From Azolla caroliniana (taxonomy: Eukaryota; Plantae; Polypodiophyta), in assembly GCA_043228905.1 (NCBI GenBank), contig JBHGNT010000017.1:5952001-6016000 (forward strand): a stretch of 64,000 nt of DNA, written 5' to 3'. Positions 34,832 to 46,171 of this stretch are shown piece after piece. Every line of letters begins with the position of its first letter. Within the stretch, counting starts at the first letter, position 1. The position numbers and the translations under genes are program-made. The notes beneath the pieces are model-generated. The model searched no databases, was not told the origin of the DNA, and saw only the letters and a list, made by a program, of their open reading frames with translations.

Positions 34832-37800
34832 TTCTATCTCTCTTTCTCTTTCATTTCTACATGGTATCAGAGCCTATGCCTATGCCTTTCTAAATTACAA
34901 AATACATGCCCTTATCATAAGTTAAGTTTCATGCCCATACAAAAAAAAAAAAATAACTATATATTCATAGTGTCCAAGATCGTCAAATAACGAACGACAA
35001 TTTGTGTTTGCCGTGCGCTGATCCGGACAGCCCTCTGCAATAATGGCACAATCTATGTCGTCGTCGCAACTCAACATGCGAAAGTTCACGATCGAGAAAT
35101 TGTCGGACACAAATTACCGAATTTGGAAGGCAAGATTAGAATTACTTTTTAAATATAATAAAGTATGGGACATAATTTCAGGATCATCGACAAAACCCGA
35201 AAAAGGCGAAGAGCTTGAAGAATTTGAAGAAAAAGACTTGTGTGCAAGAATGGAAATTCTAATGCACGTAAGTGATGGCACCGGAGAAACATTACGAAAA
35301 ATGGAGACCGCTCAAGAAATGTGGAAGCACTTACAAACTATCTACGAACCAAAGAATGACGCCCAACAAGCACATACACTCCAAGCTCTTGTTAATTACA
35401 AGATGATTGACGAACAACTGGTTGGTGATTTTCTATTAATGTGGCAAAAGAAATTAGATGATGTGTTAACTTCTGGATTGGAAATCCATGATAAATTACA
35501 AAAGATTCTCCTTCTTGGTGCTCTTCCTCACTCGTGGTCCACTTTCCGAACCACCCAAAACTCTATAAATTGCCCAACGCTAATTGATCTTCTTGCAAAC
35601 ATTAGACAGGAGGAAACAATGCGTTCACAAAGGTCTTCAAATTCAACTCCAAGTATGGCAATGGTAGCATATAAGAACAAAAGGTTCACCCAAAGAGGAG
35701 AAAGCTCGAAGCCGTGGATAAAGAAAGATCAAAACACTAAACAAGGAGAAATGCGGTTCAACAATACCTATTGTAAAATATGCAAACGTACAAATCATGC
35801 AACCAAAGATTGTCGCGCAAAGTCAAATTTCAAGAGTTATCAACCATGGAAGCGTGTACAAGCCCATCTTGTTGAAGAAGAGATGGATGATGAAAAAGCC
35901 ATGGGAGGTGGACATCGAAATGGTGACACGTATGACGATGTTCTACAAGCGTTCATTGCCGAATCACTTTCCGCCACGATTCCAAATCCAAGTAATGCAA
36001 ATGACATGTGGTATCTAGACACTGGTGCTACTAACCACTTAACTAATAGAAAAGATTGGTTAAGTAATTATAAGGAAGTTGAACCTCCTATCATTGTAAG
36101 ATTTGGAAATAATGGGACTAAACAAGCTATTGGCAAGGGTAATATTACTTTTGAAGTCACAGGAGGAAGACATTTCACAATCAATGAAGTTCTCTATGTC
36201 CCGGGCATCACCAAACATTTGCTATCGGTTAGCCAAGCAACGGCAAATGGTACAATAATTGAATTTCATCCTAACCATGCTATTATTAAACATAAAGCCT
36301 CAAATGGAGAACTTATTAGAACATGTTGTAAACGAGAAGGAGGCTTATATCCCATAAAATGTATTCCTACATCTCTTATTTTAGAAGCACATCATACTAC
36401 CCCAATACAATCCTCCATATCTTTAACCAATCTTCATTCTCCTTCTTCTCTTTGGCATTTTCGTCTAGGTCATATGCATTTCAATGCTCTAAAAACACTA
36501 CAATGTAATAATCTAGTCCATGGTTTGCCAAAAGAACCTTTCAAGCCTATCTCTTTGTGTGAAAGTTGTATCTTTGGGAAAATGCCCCAACAACCCTTCC
36601 CAAAGCATAGATCTAGAGCCACTAACCCTCTTGCATTAGTACATAGTGATCTATGTGGTCCTTTTCCAACCCCTTCTCTTAGTGGAGCCAAATATTTCAT
36701 TAGCTTTATCGATGACTTTAGTCGATTTACAATCTTGCATTTTCTCAAGTACAAGAGTCAAGCTTATCAAGCATTCAAAGAATACAAGGCTCGAGTCGAA
36801 GTGCAAACATCATCAAAGATTAAAAGTCTTCAAACCGATGGTGGTGGTGAGTATGTGTCTCATGAGTTTCAAAGTTTATATCAAAATGAAGGCATACATC
36901 ATAGAATATCAACACCACACACACCACAACAAAATGGTGTATCCGAAAGGAAGAATAGATCACTTCTCAATATGGCTCGAAGTATGTTACAATTTGCTCA
37001 CTTATCGCCTCAATTTTGGGAGGAAGCGGTTGGCACCGCTTGCTATATTCAAAATCGAGGATTTCATAGGTCTTTGGGGCTCCAAACCCCTTATGAATTA
37101 TGGCATGGTCACAAACCTAACCTAAGTAATCTTCGTATTTTTGGTTGTGATGCTTATGCTTTTGTGCCAAATGTTCAAAGAAATAAGCTAGATCCAAGGG
37201 CTACAAAATCAATCTTCATCGGATATGGAGAAGCTTCGGGATACAAGGCGTACAAGCTCTTCGATCCACAAAAACAAAGAATATTCTTTAGTCGTAGTGT
37301 GATATTCCAAGAAAATGGACCTTCTACAAAGGTTTCTTCTTCATTATCTTTTAATCTACCTCCCTTATTACCTACCCCTAATTACTTACAACCATATTCC
37401 TCAACCATCTCTAATACTAATAGCTCTCATATTGAAGGAGCCAACATTGGCTCATCCTCTACTTCCACAATTTGTGTTGCTCTTCCATCTATTCACAAGG
37501 CCAAGAACAATCCTACTCAACCAACTAATTCTTCTTCTCATCCTCCCTCATTCCAAACTCTAGATGATTCTCTTCCTCATACTCCTTTAAATACACACTA
37601 TTTAACCCCCACTAATAATACAAATAATGTTATCTTCTCCACTCCCTCTCCTAATCCTTCATTCCAAGTGTCATCACCAACTTCTCCACCAAACTCTCCA
37701 CCTCCAAAGTATAGATCTCTAAGTAGTATTTATGAACAACTTGATCAAATGGAAGCACATTTCATTGACTTGGACCATGAAGCTTATATTCAAGAAGAAG

Positions 37801-39656
37801 ATATTCCAACCCTTGGTGATGACACAAATCTATCGGCCAAAGATGCACTTTCCGGACCGGATTCTATCAAATGGAGAAAGGCTATGGAAGAAGAAATGAA
37901 GGCTTTACTTAAAAATGGTACGTGGACCCTCGTTGAGCCTCCAAAGGATCGACAAATAATTGGTTCTAAATGGGTCTTACGCATAAAGCGAGATAGTAAT
38001 GGCAATCCAATTCGCTTCAAGGCTCGTGTAGTTGCTCGAGGATTCTCTCAAGTACGAGGTATTGATTTTCAAGATACATTTAGTCCAACGCTAAAAATAT
38101 GTGGTTTTCGAATGCTCGTTTCTCTTGCCGCACAACATGATCTCGAATTGCATCATTTGGATGTACAAACGGCTTTTCTTCATGGAGATTTAGATGAAGA
38201 ACTTTATCTACAACAACCACAATTTTTTGAAGATCCAAGTCATCCAACACATGTTTGTCGACTTCGTAAATCTATTTACGGTCTTAAGCAATCTCCACGC
38301 ATATGGTATCACAAACTACACTCTTTTCTCATAAAAGTTGGATATCATCGTCTAAACAATGAGCCAAATATCTATGTTAGAAAAGCCAAATCCAATTTTG
38401 TTATCATAGGTGTCTATGTTGATGATTTGCCTTTGATCTCTAACTCTAAATCTTATCTAGCTATTGCAAAGAAGGAACTTGCATATGTTTTTCCTATTAC
38501 CGATTTAGGCCCTATGACCCATTTTCTAGGCATCAAAATAACTCAAGATAGAACAAATCATACTATCTCATTATCACAATCAAATTATGTTAATTCTATC
38601 CTCCAAAGATTTGATATGCTCCATAGTAAGCCTATTAGTACTCCTCTTACCTCTCCATGTAAACTTTCAAATGATGATTCTCCTAAAAATGAACGAGAAA
38701 TTTCCGAAATGAAGGATGTACCCTATAAGCAAATCCTTGGATGTATAAGATATCTAGTAAGTTGCACACGTCCCGATATTTGCTTTGCCGCCGGTTTTCT
38801 TTCTCGTTTCATGGCTAATCCAGGACCAAAGCATTGGATCGCACTCAAAAGATTACTTCGATACTTGAAGCATACTCAACATTATGCGTTGACTTACTCC
38901 GCTACACAATCCGAGTCAACCACACTTGTGCAAGGATGGACAAACCCCTCTAGCCAACTAATTGGTTGGTCAGACTCGGACTGGGGGGGAGATGTGGACG
39001 ATCGCAAGTCAACGGGTGGATATGTTTACACACTAGCTGGCGGTGCAATTTCGTGGAAGTCAAAGAAACAAACTACCGTAGCATTGTCATCCACCGAAGC
39101 TGAATATGTTGCCGCGGCTTTAGCGGCTAAAGAAGGCATATGGATTAAAGCTATGCTCGATGAATTTAAATTATTTACTATTCCACCAGTGACTTTATTT
39201 TGTGATAATCAATCTTGCATCAAGTTAGCCAACAATCCGAAGATGAGCGACAATATCCGTCATGTGGACTTAAAGCATCACTTTCTTCGTGATCTCATTG
39301 AAACGAAGAAGATAGAGTTAAAGTTTGCTCCCACTCATCAAATGTGGGCTGATTTTCTAACGAAGCCTCTTCAACATTCTAAGCACATTATTTGTTGCAA
39401 GCAAGTTGGATTAATTAATGTAATCGAAGATAAAGATGAAAACCTACACTTCTAGGAAATTTTGCTTAGGGGGGAGTGAAGAAAATAATAAGCAAAATAA
39501 AGTAAAATAAATTATTATGTAGTTCTTATTTAGTTCATATGAAATCGGTTTCCTTCATGAGAAGGAAACCGTATGTCTATTTGTGGTGGCCTTATAAAGC
39601 CACCACCACCAACGTTTGTATGTATGGCATTATACTAATAATAAAGTGTCTTTCTG

Positions 39657-39691
<35 letters not shown>

Positions 39692-39721
39692 TTCTATCTC
39701 TCTTTCTCTTTCATTTCTACA
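34617..39721 (+). mobile_element. Intact full-length Ty1/Copia element (copy G)
   Basis: 245-bp LTRs at 34617-34861 and 39477-39721, identical by eye. TSD GAAAT at 34612-34616 and 39722-39726. PBS at 34862-34873. PPT AGGGGGGAG at 39468-39476. Confidence 0.98.
35043..39455 (+). CDS. Copia gag-pol polyprotein (GAG-PR-INT-RT-RH), 1470 aa, uninterrupted
   Basis: 'CKICKRTNHATKDC', 'WYLDTGATNH', 'HSDLCGP', 'TDGGGEY', 'YVDD', 'SDSDWGGD', 'STEAEY' and 'ADFLTK'. Confidence 0.98.
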   Translation: MAQSMSSSQLNMRKFTIEKLSDTNYRIWKARLELLFKYNKVWDIISGSSTKPEKGEELEEFEEKDLCARMEILMHVSDGTGETLRKMETAQEMWKHLQTIYEPKNDAQQAHTLQALVNYKMIDEQLVGDFLLMWQKKLDDVLTSGLEIHDKLQKILLLGALPHSWSTFRTTQNSINCPTLIDLLANIRQEETMRSQRSSNSTPSMAMVAYKNKRFTQRGESSKPWIKKDQNTKQGEMRFNNTYCKICKRTNHATKDCRAKSNFKSYQPWKRVQAHLVEEEMDDEKAMGGGHRNGDTYDDVLQAFIAESLSATIPNPSNANDMWYLDTGATNHLTNRKDWLSNYKEVEPPIIVRFGNNGTKQAIGKGNITFEVTGGRHFTINEVLYVPGITKHLLSVSQATANGTIIEFHPNHAIIKHKASNGELIRTCCKREGGLYPIKCIPTSLILEAHHTTPIQSSISLTNLHSPSSLWHFRLGHMHFNALKTLQCNNLVHGLPKEPFKPISLCESCIFGKMPQQPFPKHRSRATNPLALVHSDLCGPFPTPSLSGAKYFISFIDDFSRFTILHFLKYKSQAYQAFKEYKARVEVQTSSKIKSLQTDGGGEYVSHEFQSLYQNEGIHHRISTPHTPQQNGVSERKNRSLLNMARSMLQFAHLSPQFWEEAVGTACYIQNRGFHRSLGLQTPYELWHGHKPNLSNLRIFGCDAYAFVPNVQRNKLDPRATKSIFIGYGEASGYKAYKLFDPQKQRIFFSRSVIFQENGPSTKVSSSLSFNLPPLLPTPNYLQPYSSTISNTNSSHIEGANIGSSSTSTICVALPSIHKAKNNPTQPTNSSSHPPSFQTLDDSLPHTPLNTHYLTPTNNTNNVIFSTPSPNPSFQVSSPTSPPNSPPPKYRSLSSIYEQLDQMEAHFIDLDHEAYIQEEDIPTLGDDTNLSAKDALSGPDSIKWRKAMEEEMKALLKNGTWTLVEPPKDRQIIGSKWVLRIKRDSNGNPIRFKARVVARGFSQVRGIDFQDTFSPTLKICGFRMLVSLAAQHDLELHHLDVQTAFLHGDLDEELYLQQPQFFEDPSHPTHVCRLRKSIYGLKQSPRIWYHKLHSFLIKVGYHRLNNEPNIYVRKAKSNFVIIGVYVDDLPLISNSKSYLAIAKKELAYVFPITDLGPMTHFLGIKITQDRTNHTISLSQSNYVNSILQRFDMLHSKPISTPLTSPCKLSNDDSPKNEREISEMKDVPYKQILGCIRYLVSCTRPDICFAAGFLSRFMANPGPKHWIALKRLLRYLKHTQHYALTYSATQSESTTLVQGWTNPSSQLIGWSDSDWGGDVDDRKSTGGYVYTLAGGAISWKSKKQTTVALSSTEAEYVAAALAAKEGIWIKAMLDEFKLFTIPPVTLFCDNQSCIKLANNPKMSDNIRHVDLKHHFLRDLIETKKIELKFAPTHQMWADFLTKPLQHSKHIICCKQVGLINVIEDKDENLHF

Positions 39722-42424
39722 GAAATTGCTGAAGAGGATGCAAAATAAATTATAGATGCAGAAGAGAAAATATGTACAGATTTCCAAGTCTATATAACTT
39801 AATTTGAAGGAAACGTGATCAATTTTCTTGGCTTTTGCTGGGTATTGCTCAATTAGATGGTGAAACAACAGGGACGAAGGTGATTGAGCTAGAACAGAAA
39901 CTACAAATTGCATTAGAAAGAAAACAAAGTGCCACTTGAAGAAAGGGCCTCAGAATTAGAGGGTAAGCTTCGGGGAGAAAGCTGATAAAATCCAGTCAAC
40001 ATATTTCACAACTAGAAAGCTTTGCTGAAGGTCGGTCGACTTGGAAAATATGAATGAAACTGATGAAGCTGTAGGAGACTTGCAGTTGTGATTAGCTGGC
40101 CTAAAATCAAGGGAAGAATCACAAACAAAATTTCTTCAAGAAGCCAAACAAAAATTTCTTCAGGAGAAGTTGAGTCTTGAAAAGAAGTAGTTATCGGAGC
40201 TGCAGGAAACACTAGGCACTATTCAATCTGAAGCTTAAAACTTCAGGAAAGAAGTGGATGATTTATTTAGAGGTTTACATTAAGGTTCAGACAAATGAGA
40301 AACGTCAAGTAGAAGAAGGATTAAGAGAATCTGAAGAAAGGTGTTGTTTTTTGGCATGAGAACACTCTACAAAGCTCAATGACAAGAAATATGGAATTAG
40401 AAGGCCATGTATCGTTCAACATAAAACTAAAGCCGATGATTCAGTAAGCACAATTGCATAATTTGAAGCTACTTTGCCAAAAATCACAATGATGAACTGA
40501 AGACAAAGCTAAATCAAACTGAAGAGACCTTGTGTACATTCGAGAATGGAGTGAAAGAATCATCAGCTCATATTACTGAACTGGAGAGCTTCGTTATGGA
40601 GCTAGAAATGGCTTGTGCATAAGCAAAGAGAAAGAGGAAGAACTCTTACAGAATCTAGAATCCACAGGAAAATTGTTGGTAGAGGGCACAAACATGTGGA
40701 AGATTTGGAGCAAAACTAAAGGATTGTATCATCACAACCGAAGAACACAGGGTATGCCTTTATTCATTGCAAAAAAATTGTCTTTGTAAATTTGACATGA
40801 ATAAGTAGGTATCTTCAACGACTAGGAGATAATTGTGCTTCTAAATATCTCTGCTTGCATCATGCTTCTTTAGAATAAGCTAGCTGAAGCAGAGCTAGAA
40901 GCTAGAAGATTGTGAAAGCCTGGAAAGGTTATTATGACACTCCAGAAATACAATTTGGCGAACTGGTAAAACTTAGGCCCATCCTAACATAACCCAAATT
41001 CTTTACATGTTTGTTTTGTAAAAAGAGTACTAACCAACATTCTTGAATGGAATTAATAAGTCCTTCTAATTGATTTAACTATGCCAGAACCAAAGACCAC
41101 AAGAATTAGGTGTTGATAGATAAACCCCAGTAGTTACCATATCAAGAGATATAGATTTAGACTTTCAAAACACGAAGAAGCTTAGACAGAGTATGAAAAA
41201 GATGGTCAGCTTTGATCTGGATAGAGATGTGACTTCAAAACCTAAGGGGAATGGGAAGTTAAAGCTTGTTGCAACCCATAGATCAAACTAGTTTCTCTGT
41301 TTCATATTCTCTTAGCTGCTGTGTCTCTTACAGCTGGATTTTGGATTGCCAAAGGATTTACTTAATGTTGTTATAGGAAAGGGAATTATTTGTCTATAAG
41401 AATTGCACTTCATTGAGATTCATACAAGCTTCTTTTTGGTGTTTCTGGTTGTGGACCAGGGTACTGTTCTGTAGGACTTAACATGCAGAATTGAGGCTGA
41501 AAGTTTGTTATGCAACATGAAATGCAGCAGTTATTACGTTATTGTATGTATATTGCCTAAAAGCAGTTATTTGCTGTTGCTCTGTAACCTTTCAATCTCA
41601 CTTTTATGAGCTCTGTATTGTTGTGTATATGTAGATTGAATATCTTTGGAAGTCCTATATATGTGATCATCCCACATTGTTATTTTGAAGGTTTCCTACT
41701 TTTCTGTTTTTTGGACTTCTAAAAGAGCCAATCACAGTTGTATTGGCGACTTGGTGATAAATTAAACAAAGACATCAAGACCAGTTTTCCCTTTCAAAGT
41801 TTTGATAGTACTTGGTCCAACCTTTTCTGTCAATAATTTGCATATTTAAATTCCCTCTCAATAAACCTTGGGACCAAATGCCACCTTTTTCAATTTACAC
41901 ATGTACCGACCTTTTCTGATGATAATTTGCATATCTGTGTTGCCCAAATTAATTATAAATCTTGAGACTGAATGCCATCTTTTTCATCTAACATTTTGCA
42001 GATTCAACTCTTAACTAATTCAATTGGATGGATTTATCTTGTTTCAACTTTTTCCCTCGATAATTTATGTATTTTTGGATGGATTTTACTTCTTCAAATT
42101 CCTTCTTAATAACATACTTGAGGACGAGTTCCAAATTTTAAAACAAAAATGACCTTTTGGTGGGAAGCAATGTTTTGCATATAGTAACTCTTAATAATAA
42201 AGCTTTTAATTGGAGGGGTTTGCTTTTCATGGGCAGAAAATAAATCTATGGAAATTGTTCCTGTTACAAATGTAGAAAACAGGAGATGCAAAATTTCGAC
42301 ATAATTAGAAACATTGTGTTGATACTCTTGATCATGTTAATAGCTATATTGCATTGTCTAAAGAGTGGTAGCATGTACAACGTAGGGGCATACCACACCC
42401 TAAATGCTATAATATATATATATA

Positions 42425-45400
42425 TCAAGAACTGTGCTTTTCACAGAAAGCCTCAATCCTATCCCATGCTTCTTCAAGCAAAACAGGTGGTGCAGTGAAG
42501 ATCAGACGCATCCAATTTGGAGTCCCAAATGCGGAACCTGATAAGCACAAAAGCCTCTTTATCATCCTTCGCAGATGGGACAAGTATTATTCTGTTTACA
42601 AACTCAAACTTGCTTACCAGGAATCACAATTACAGATTCTTCTTTTGCTAGAGTCAATGCGAACTCTCTATCATTGTTGAGATCGAAGAATATAGACATG
42701 TTAATCCTCACCTATATAACAAGACAGTAACGAAATGTCAACCCACTTAATCAAATTATGAGCCAATTAGAGTATCATGTGTTTGTTCATTTAAAAAAGA
42801 CAGACTTCCAATCACATCAGATGTGATGCACAAATGAATCTTGATTCTTCTTAAGCCCGGCACCAATGCAAACTCTGTATATTTGTTACTATCAAACAAT
42901 ACCGACAAGATAAAATTATTATTTTCTATGTAGATAGTTTAGAAACAGAGTTTCAATTATCTCATTTAAAAGTAAAACTGCTTAGAGATGAATATGAGCA
43001 CGTGATGCTTCTTTAAAGTCAAATTTAGCTTACCATGATGAACAGTGCTCCTTGAGGTTTGCATGGACAATCAAGTCCCTTGATTCCTTTGATACGCCTA
43101 CAACAAAGATCAGCTCCATATTGTAGCAAAGATAATGTTTTCTCAAAGAACTCATTAGGTGTATTCTGCAAAATGCTTGGAACTACTGCCTGACAAGACA
43201 AAAATGATGAGGCACAAAATTGCATTAAAATTCTTAGGTTCATGATCATTGGTTTCATTTACGTATAGATTTAGGTTTCCATGATATGACAACATGAATA
43301 AATTTACGCAGCACAAAGTTCTTTATGAAACAATATATTTATACTCAATCAAAGACATATACAATGAAATGATTTAAACATATACCTGGACAATTGTTGT
43401 GGTATTCACAGTCAACTGTGCTAGATTTGTTAAAGCCATAATGACCTGTATAAGGATTTACATTAGAAATCCAAACACTCCGCACAACATAGTGTATCTG
43501 ATGCATTAGTAAAGCACAGTCAATTCTACAGCTACCAAACTAGCTAAAATTGGATACGCATTGTTTTTCAAGTTCAATCTATCTCAAAGTCCTAAACTGA
43601 CCTCAAAACAAAACCAAAATAAATCAACCGAAAATTGAAGACTCAGATTAAATCCACATGTGAAGACCCAATATTAGAAACTTTTCATAGGGTATTAATA
43701 CTCTCACCTTTCCTTTTGCCAGAATTCCATTCTTATCCGATATAAGAATCCATCCAAGGCGCCAGCCAGGTACTAGCCATCTCTTTGAAAGTCCTCCTAG
43801 TGTCAGTACAGGTACATTGTGTGCCAAAGATGCTATAGGGAAAAATTTCTCTCCTCCAAATATCATATGCCCATATATCTCATCAGAGATAATAGGGATA
43901 TTTAAATTCTCTACTATATCAATAATCTGCAAAGATTCAAGTGACAGAAAAGTCCTCAGTGTTTCCTGTGGGTTTACGAAAAATTTGCTCGGGCCATTCT
44001 CAAAAACTTACAAATTGGTTATTATAGAGATAAAATTTCTGAGTGTTTCCCAATGGGTTCCAGCAAATTTACTATGGGCATTTTAAAAATATCTTTCAAA
44101 TCGGTTCTCATATGAATGAATACATGCCATTGGAAAAAAAATGGGCTGCTTACTAGGTACAGTTAGGCAGAATACAATTTTACCAATATAAAGCGAACAA
44201 AAACAAACCTTGGATAAGTGACCATGGCTGTAAGCTACGCCGCAGGGATTGCTAGGATTACAGATAAGTATTGCCATGGTGTTTTTATCTGCTATCCTTT
44301 TAACCATTTCCAGGTCTATCTCCCAACCTTGTTCAGGAAGAAGATCATAATACCGGACACTGACGCCCAGATATGAGCAAAAGGTTGCATATAGAGGAAA
44401 CCCTGGCCGTGGCAACAAGATATTGGAGCCTCGTGTACGCAATGCCGCTATACTGAATTCGATTGCTTGGGTGCAGCCAACTGTTACAATAACATCATCC
44501 GGCGTATAGGAAATGCCAGAGTCTCGAGAGTGATATTCTGCAATCGCCCTGAAAGCGTCGGAGAAAATAAAGTGAATAAATATGATTTATTTATTGTACC
44601 AGATGCAAATTCTTTTCGTTTTACAGGCATGAGAAAGTTTGGCCTTCATATTAGAGCGTTAGAGCGTCTTGTTTTTAACTGATACGAGTAATTGTATTTA
44701 TAGAAACAGAATAGGTTTATACAATGCCAATTCTACATAGGTCTACCATGAAAACCATAGTCATGTAGACCATGTCCACCAATGCGTAAAACCACTTGTG
44801 CATGATGATGATAAATGATTGCACCACCTTGCGCACGACGATGCATGGTCGATGGTGATTGCTTGTTGGAGAGAGAAGCCAATGATAGCAATGATGATAT
44901 AAAGAGATGGATAGATTTTACTATTGTTTCTTAGAGGTCAAATATGATGGAAGGCGGCCTATGACACAAATCATGAGTACGAATATGGGTGAATTCATGT
45001 CACCCATTCTGAAACAAAAATAAAAGTTCTAGGTTTCCTAAAGCTCTATGATAATGGCCTTAATGCATGCAGTGGAATAAGAGAGAGAGAGAGAGAGATA
45101 GTGTGTGTGTATGTGTGCCCAGATGAATGTAGCTCAGTTGGTAAGGTTTCCTAATGGAGACCAGGTGGTCATGAGTTCAATCCCCTACATTCCATTCCAC
45201 AGTGGCATCTAGTAAAATTGAGAGATATATATGGAGTAATAGAGGGGTGAGAAATTGGGTTTCGAACCCAAAGACATAGTGCTAGTAGTGTAACATAACT
45301 TACCATTAAGGTAAGCTAATTAAAAGAAAGAGAGAGAGCAAACCTCCGGCAAACCTCAGACCCGGACGAGTGGGTATAACCATTATGCTTTTTGGAGCGG

Positions 45401-45702
45401 ATGGAATCAATGAGAGCTGCTTCGGTTGATTCATGGGGTTTGAGGTATTGAAAGGAGCAGGGGTCACCCTGCCCCAGGGCTATAACAGATCTGCCATTAG
45501 CAGAAGTGAGGGCGGCAGGGACAGGCATTTGCTCAAGGACCTCTCGGATAGGGTTAGGGCAGTCCAGGAAAGAAAGAATATAATTATTAGAGGGGCTATG
45601 AATCCTTCCTTCATCATCATCTTCCTCCTCAACCTCTTCTTCTTCTTCTTCTTCTTCTTCTTTTTTGGCAAAGTAGGAGGAGCCATTTGTATTGAGATCC
45701 AT
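42425..45702 (-). CDS. TAT: Tyrosine/nicotianamine aminotransferase family, copy 2, 7 exons
   Basis: Same exon layout and catalytic motifs as copy 1. Coding indels seen are in frame. Stop TGA is the reverse complement of 42425-42427. Confidence 0.92.
45123..45194 (+). other. tRNA-derived (SINE head or pseudo-tRNA) sequence in intron 1 of copy 2
   Basis: GAATGTAGCTCAGTTGGTAAGG...GAGTTCAATCCCCTACATTCCA contains an A box, a B box and GAATG/CATTC acceptor-like pairing, but the stems are degenerate. Confidence 0.55.
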
Positions 45703-45784
45703 TTTTGTTTGTGTCTTGTTATGTTATGAGGATGCGTTTCTATTCTTATACTAAGCTCTGTGTCTCTGTCTCTGTCTCTGTGTT

Positions 45785-46171
45785 GGATTGTCGACTTGGT
45801 GATAAATTAAACAAAGACATTAAAACCACGTTTCCCTTTCAAAGATTTGATAGTACCAACCTTTTCTTCTGATGACTTGGTGATAAATTAAACAAAGACA
45901 TCAAAGATTTGATAGTACTTGGTCCAACCTTTTCTGTCAATTATTTGCATCTTTAAATTCCCTCACTATAAACCTTGGGACCAAATGCCACCTTTTTCAA
46001 TTTACACATGTACCAACCTTTTCTTCTGATGACTTGGTGATAAATTAAACAAAGACATCAAGACCAGTTTTCCCTTTCAAAGTTCTGATAGGACTTGGTC
46101 CAACCTTTTCTGTCAATAATTTGCATCTTTAAATTCCCTCTTTATAAACCTTGGGACCAAATGCCACCTTT
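45785..46171 (+). repeat. Patchwork of three partial copies of the 41745-41930 sequence
   Basis: GACTTGGTGATAAATTAAACAAAGACAT occurs at ~41749, 45793, 45873 and 46031. Confidence 0.9.

Larger units (their letters stand above)
34441..40950 (+). pseudogene. Decayed long coiled-coil protein gene, interrupted by Copia G
   Basis: The frame 'MIELEQKLEI|AEEDAK' is continuous across the Copia G TSD. Further E/L/K-rich heptad fragments with stops and frameshifts run to ~40750. Confidence 0.5.

Noticed and set aside
45123-45194. Functional tRNA gene
   Set aside because: The anticodon and T stems do not pair properly and the homologue at ~24490 carries a deletion. Treated as a tRNA-derived relic.
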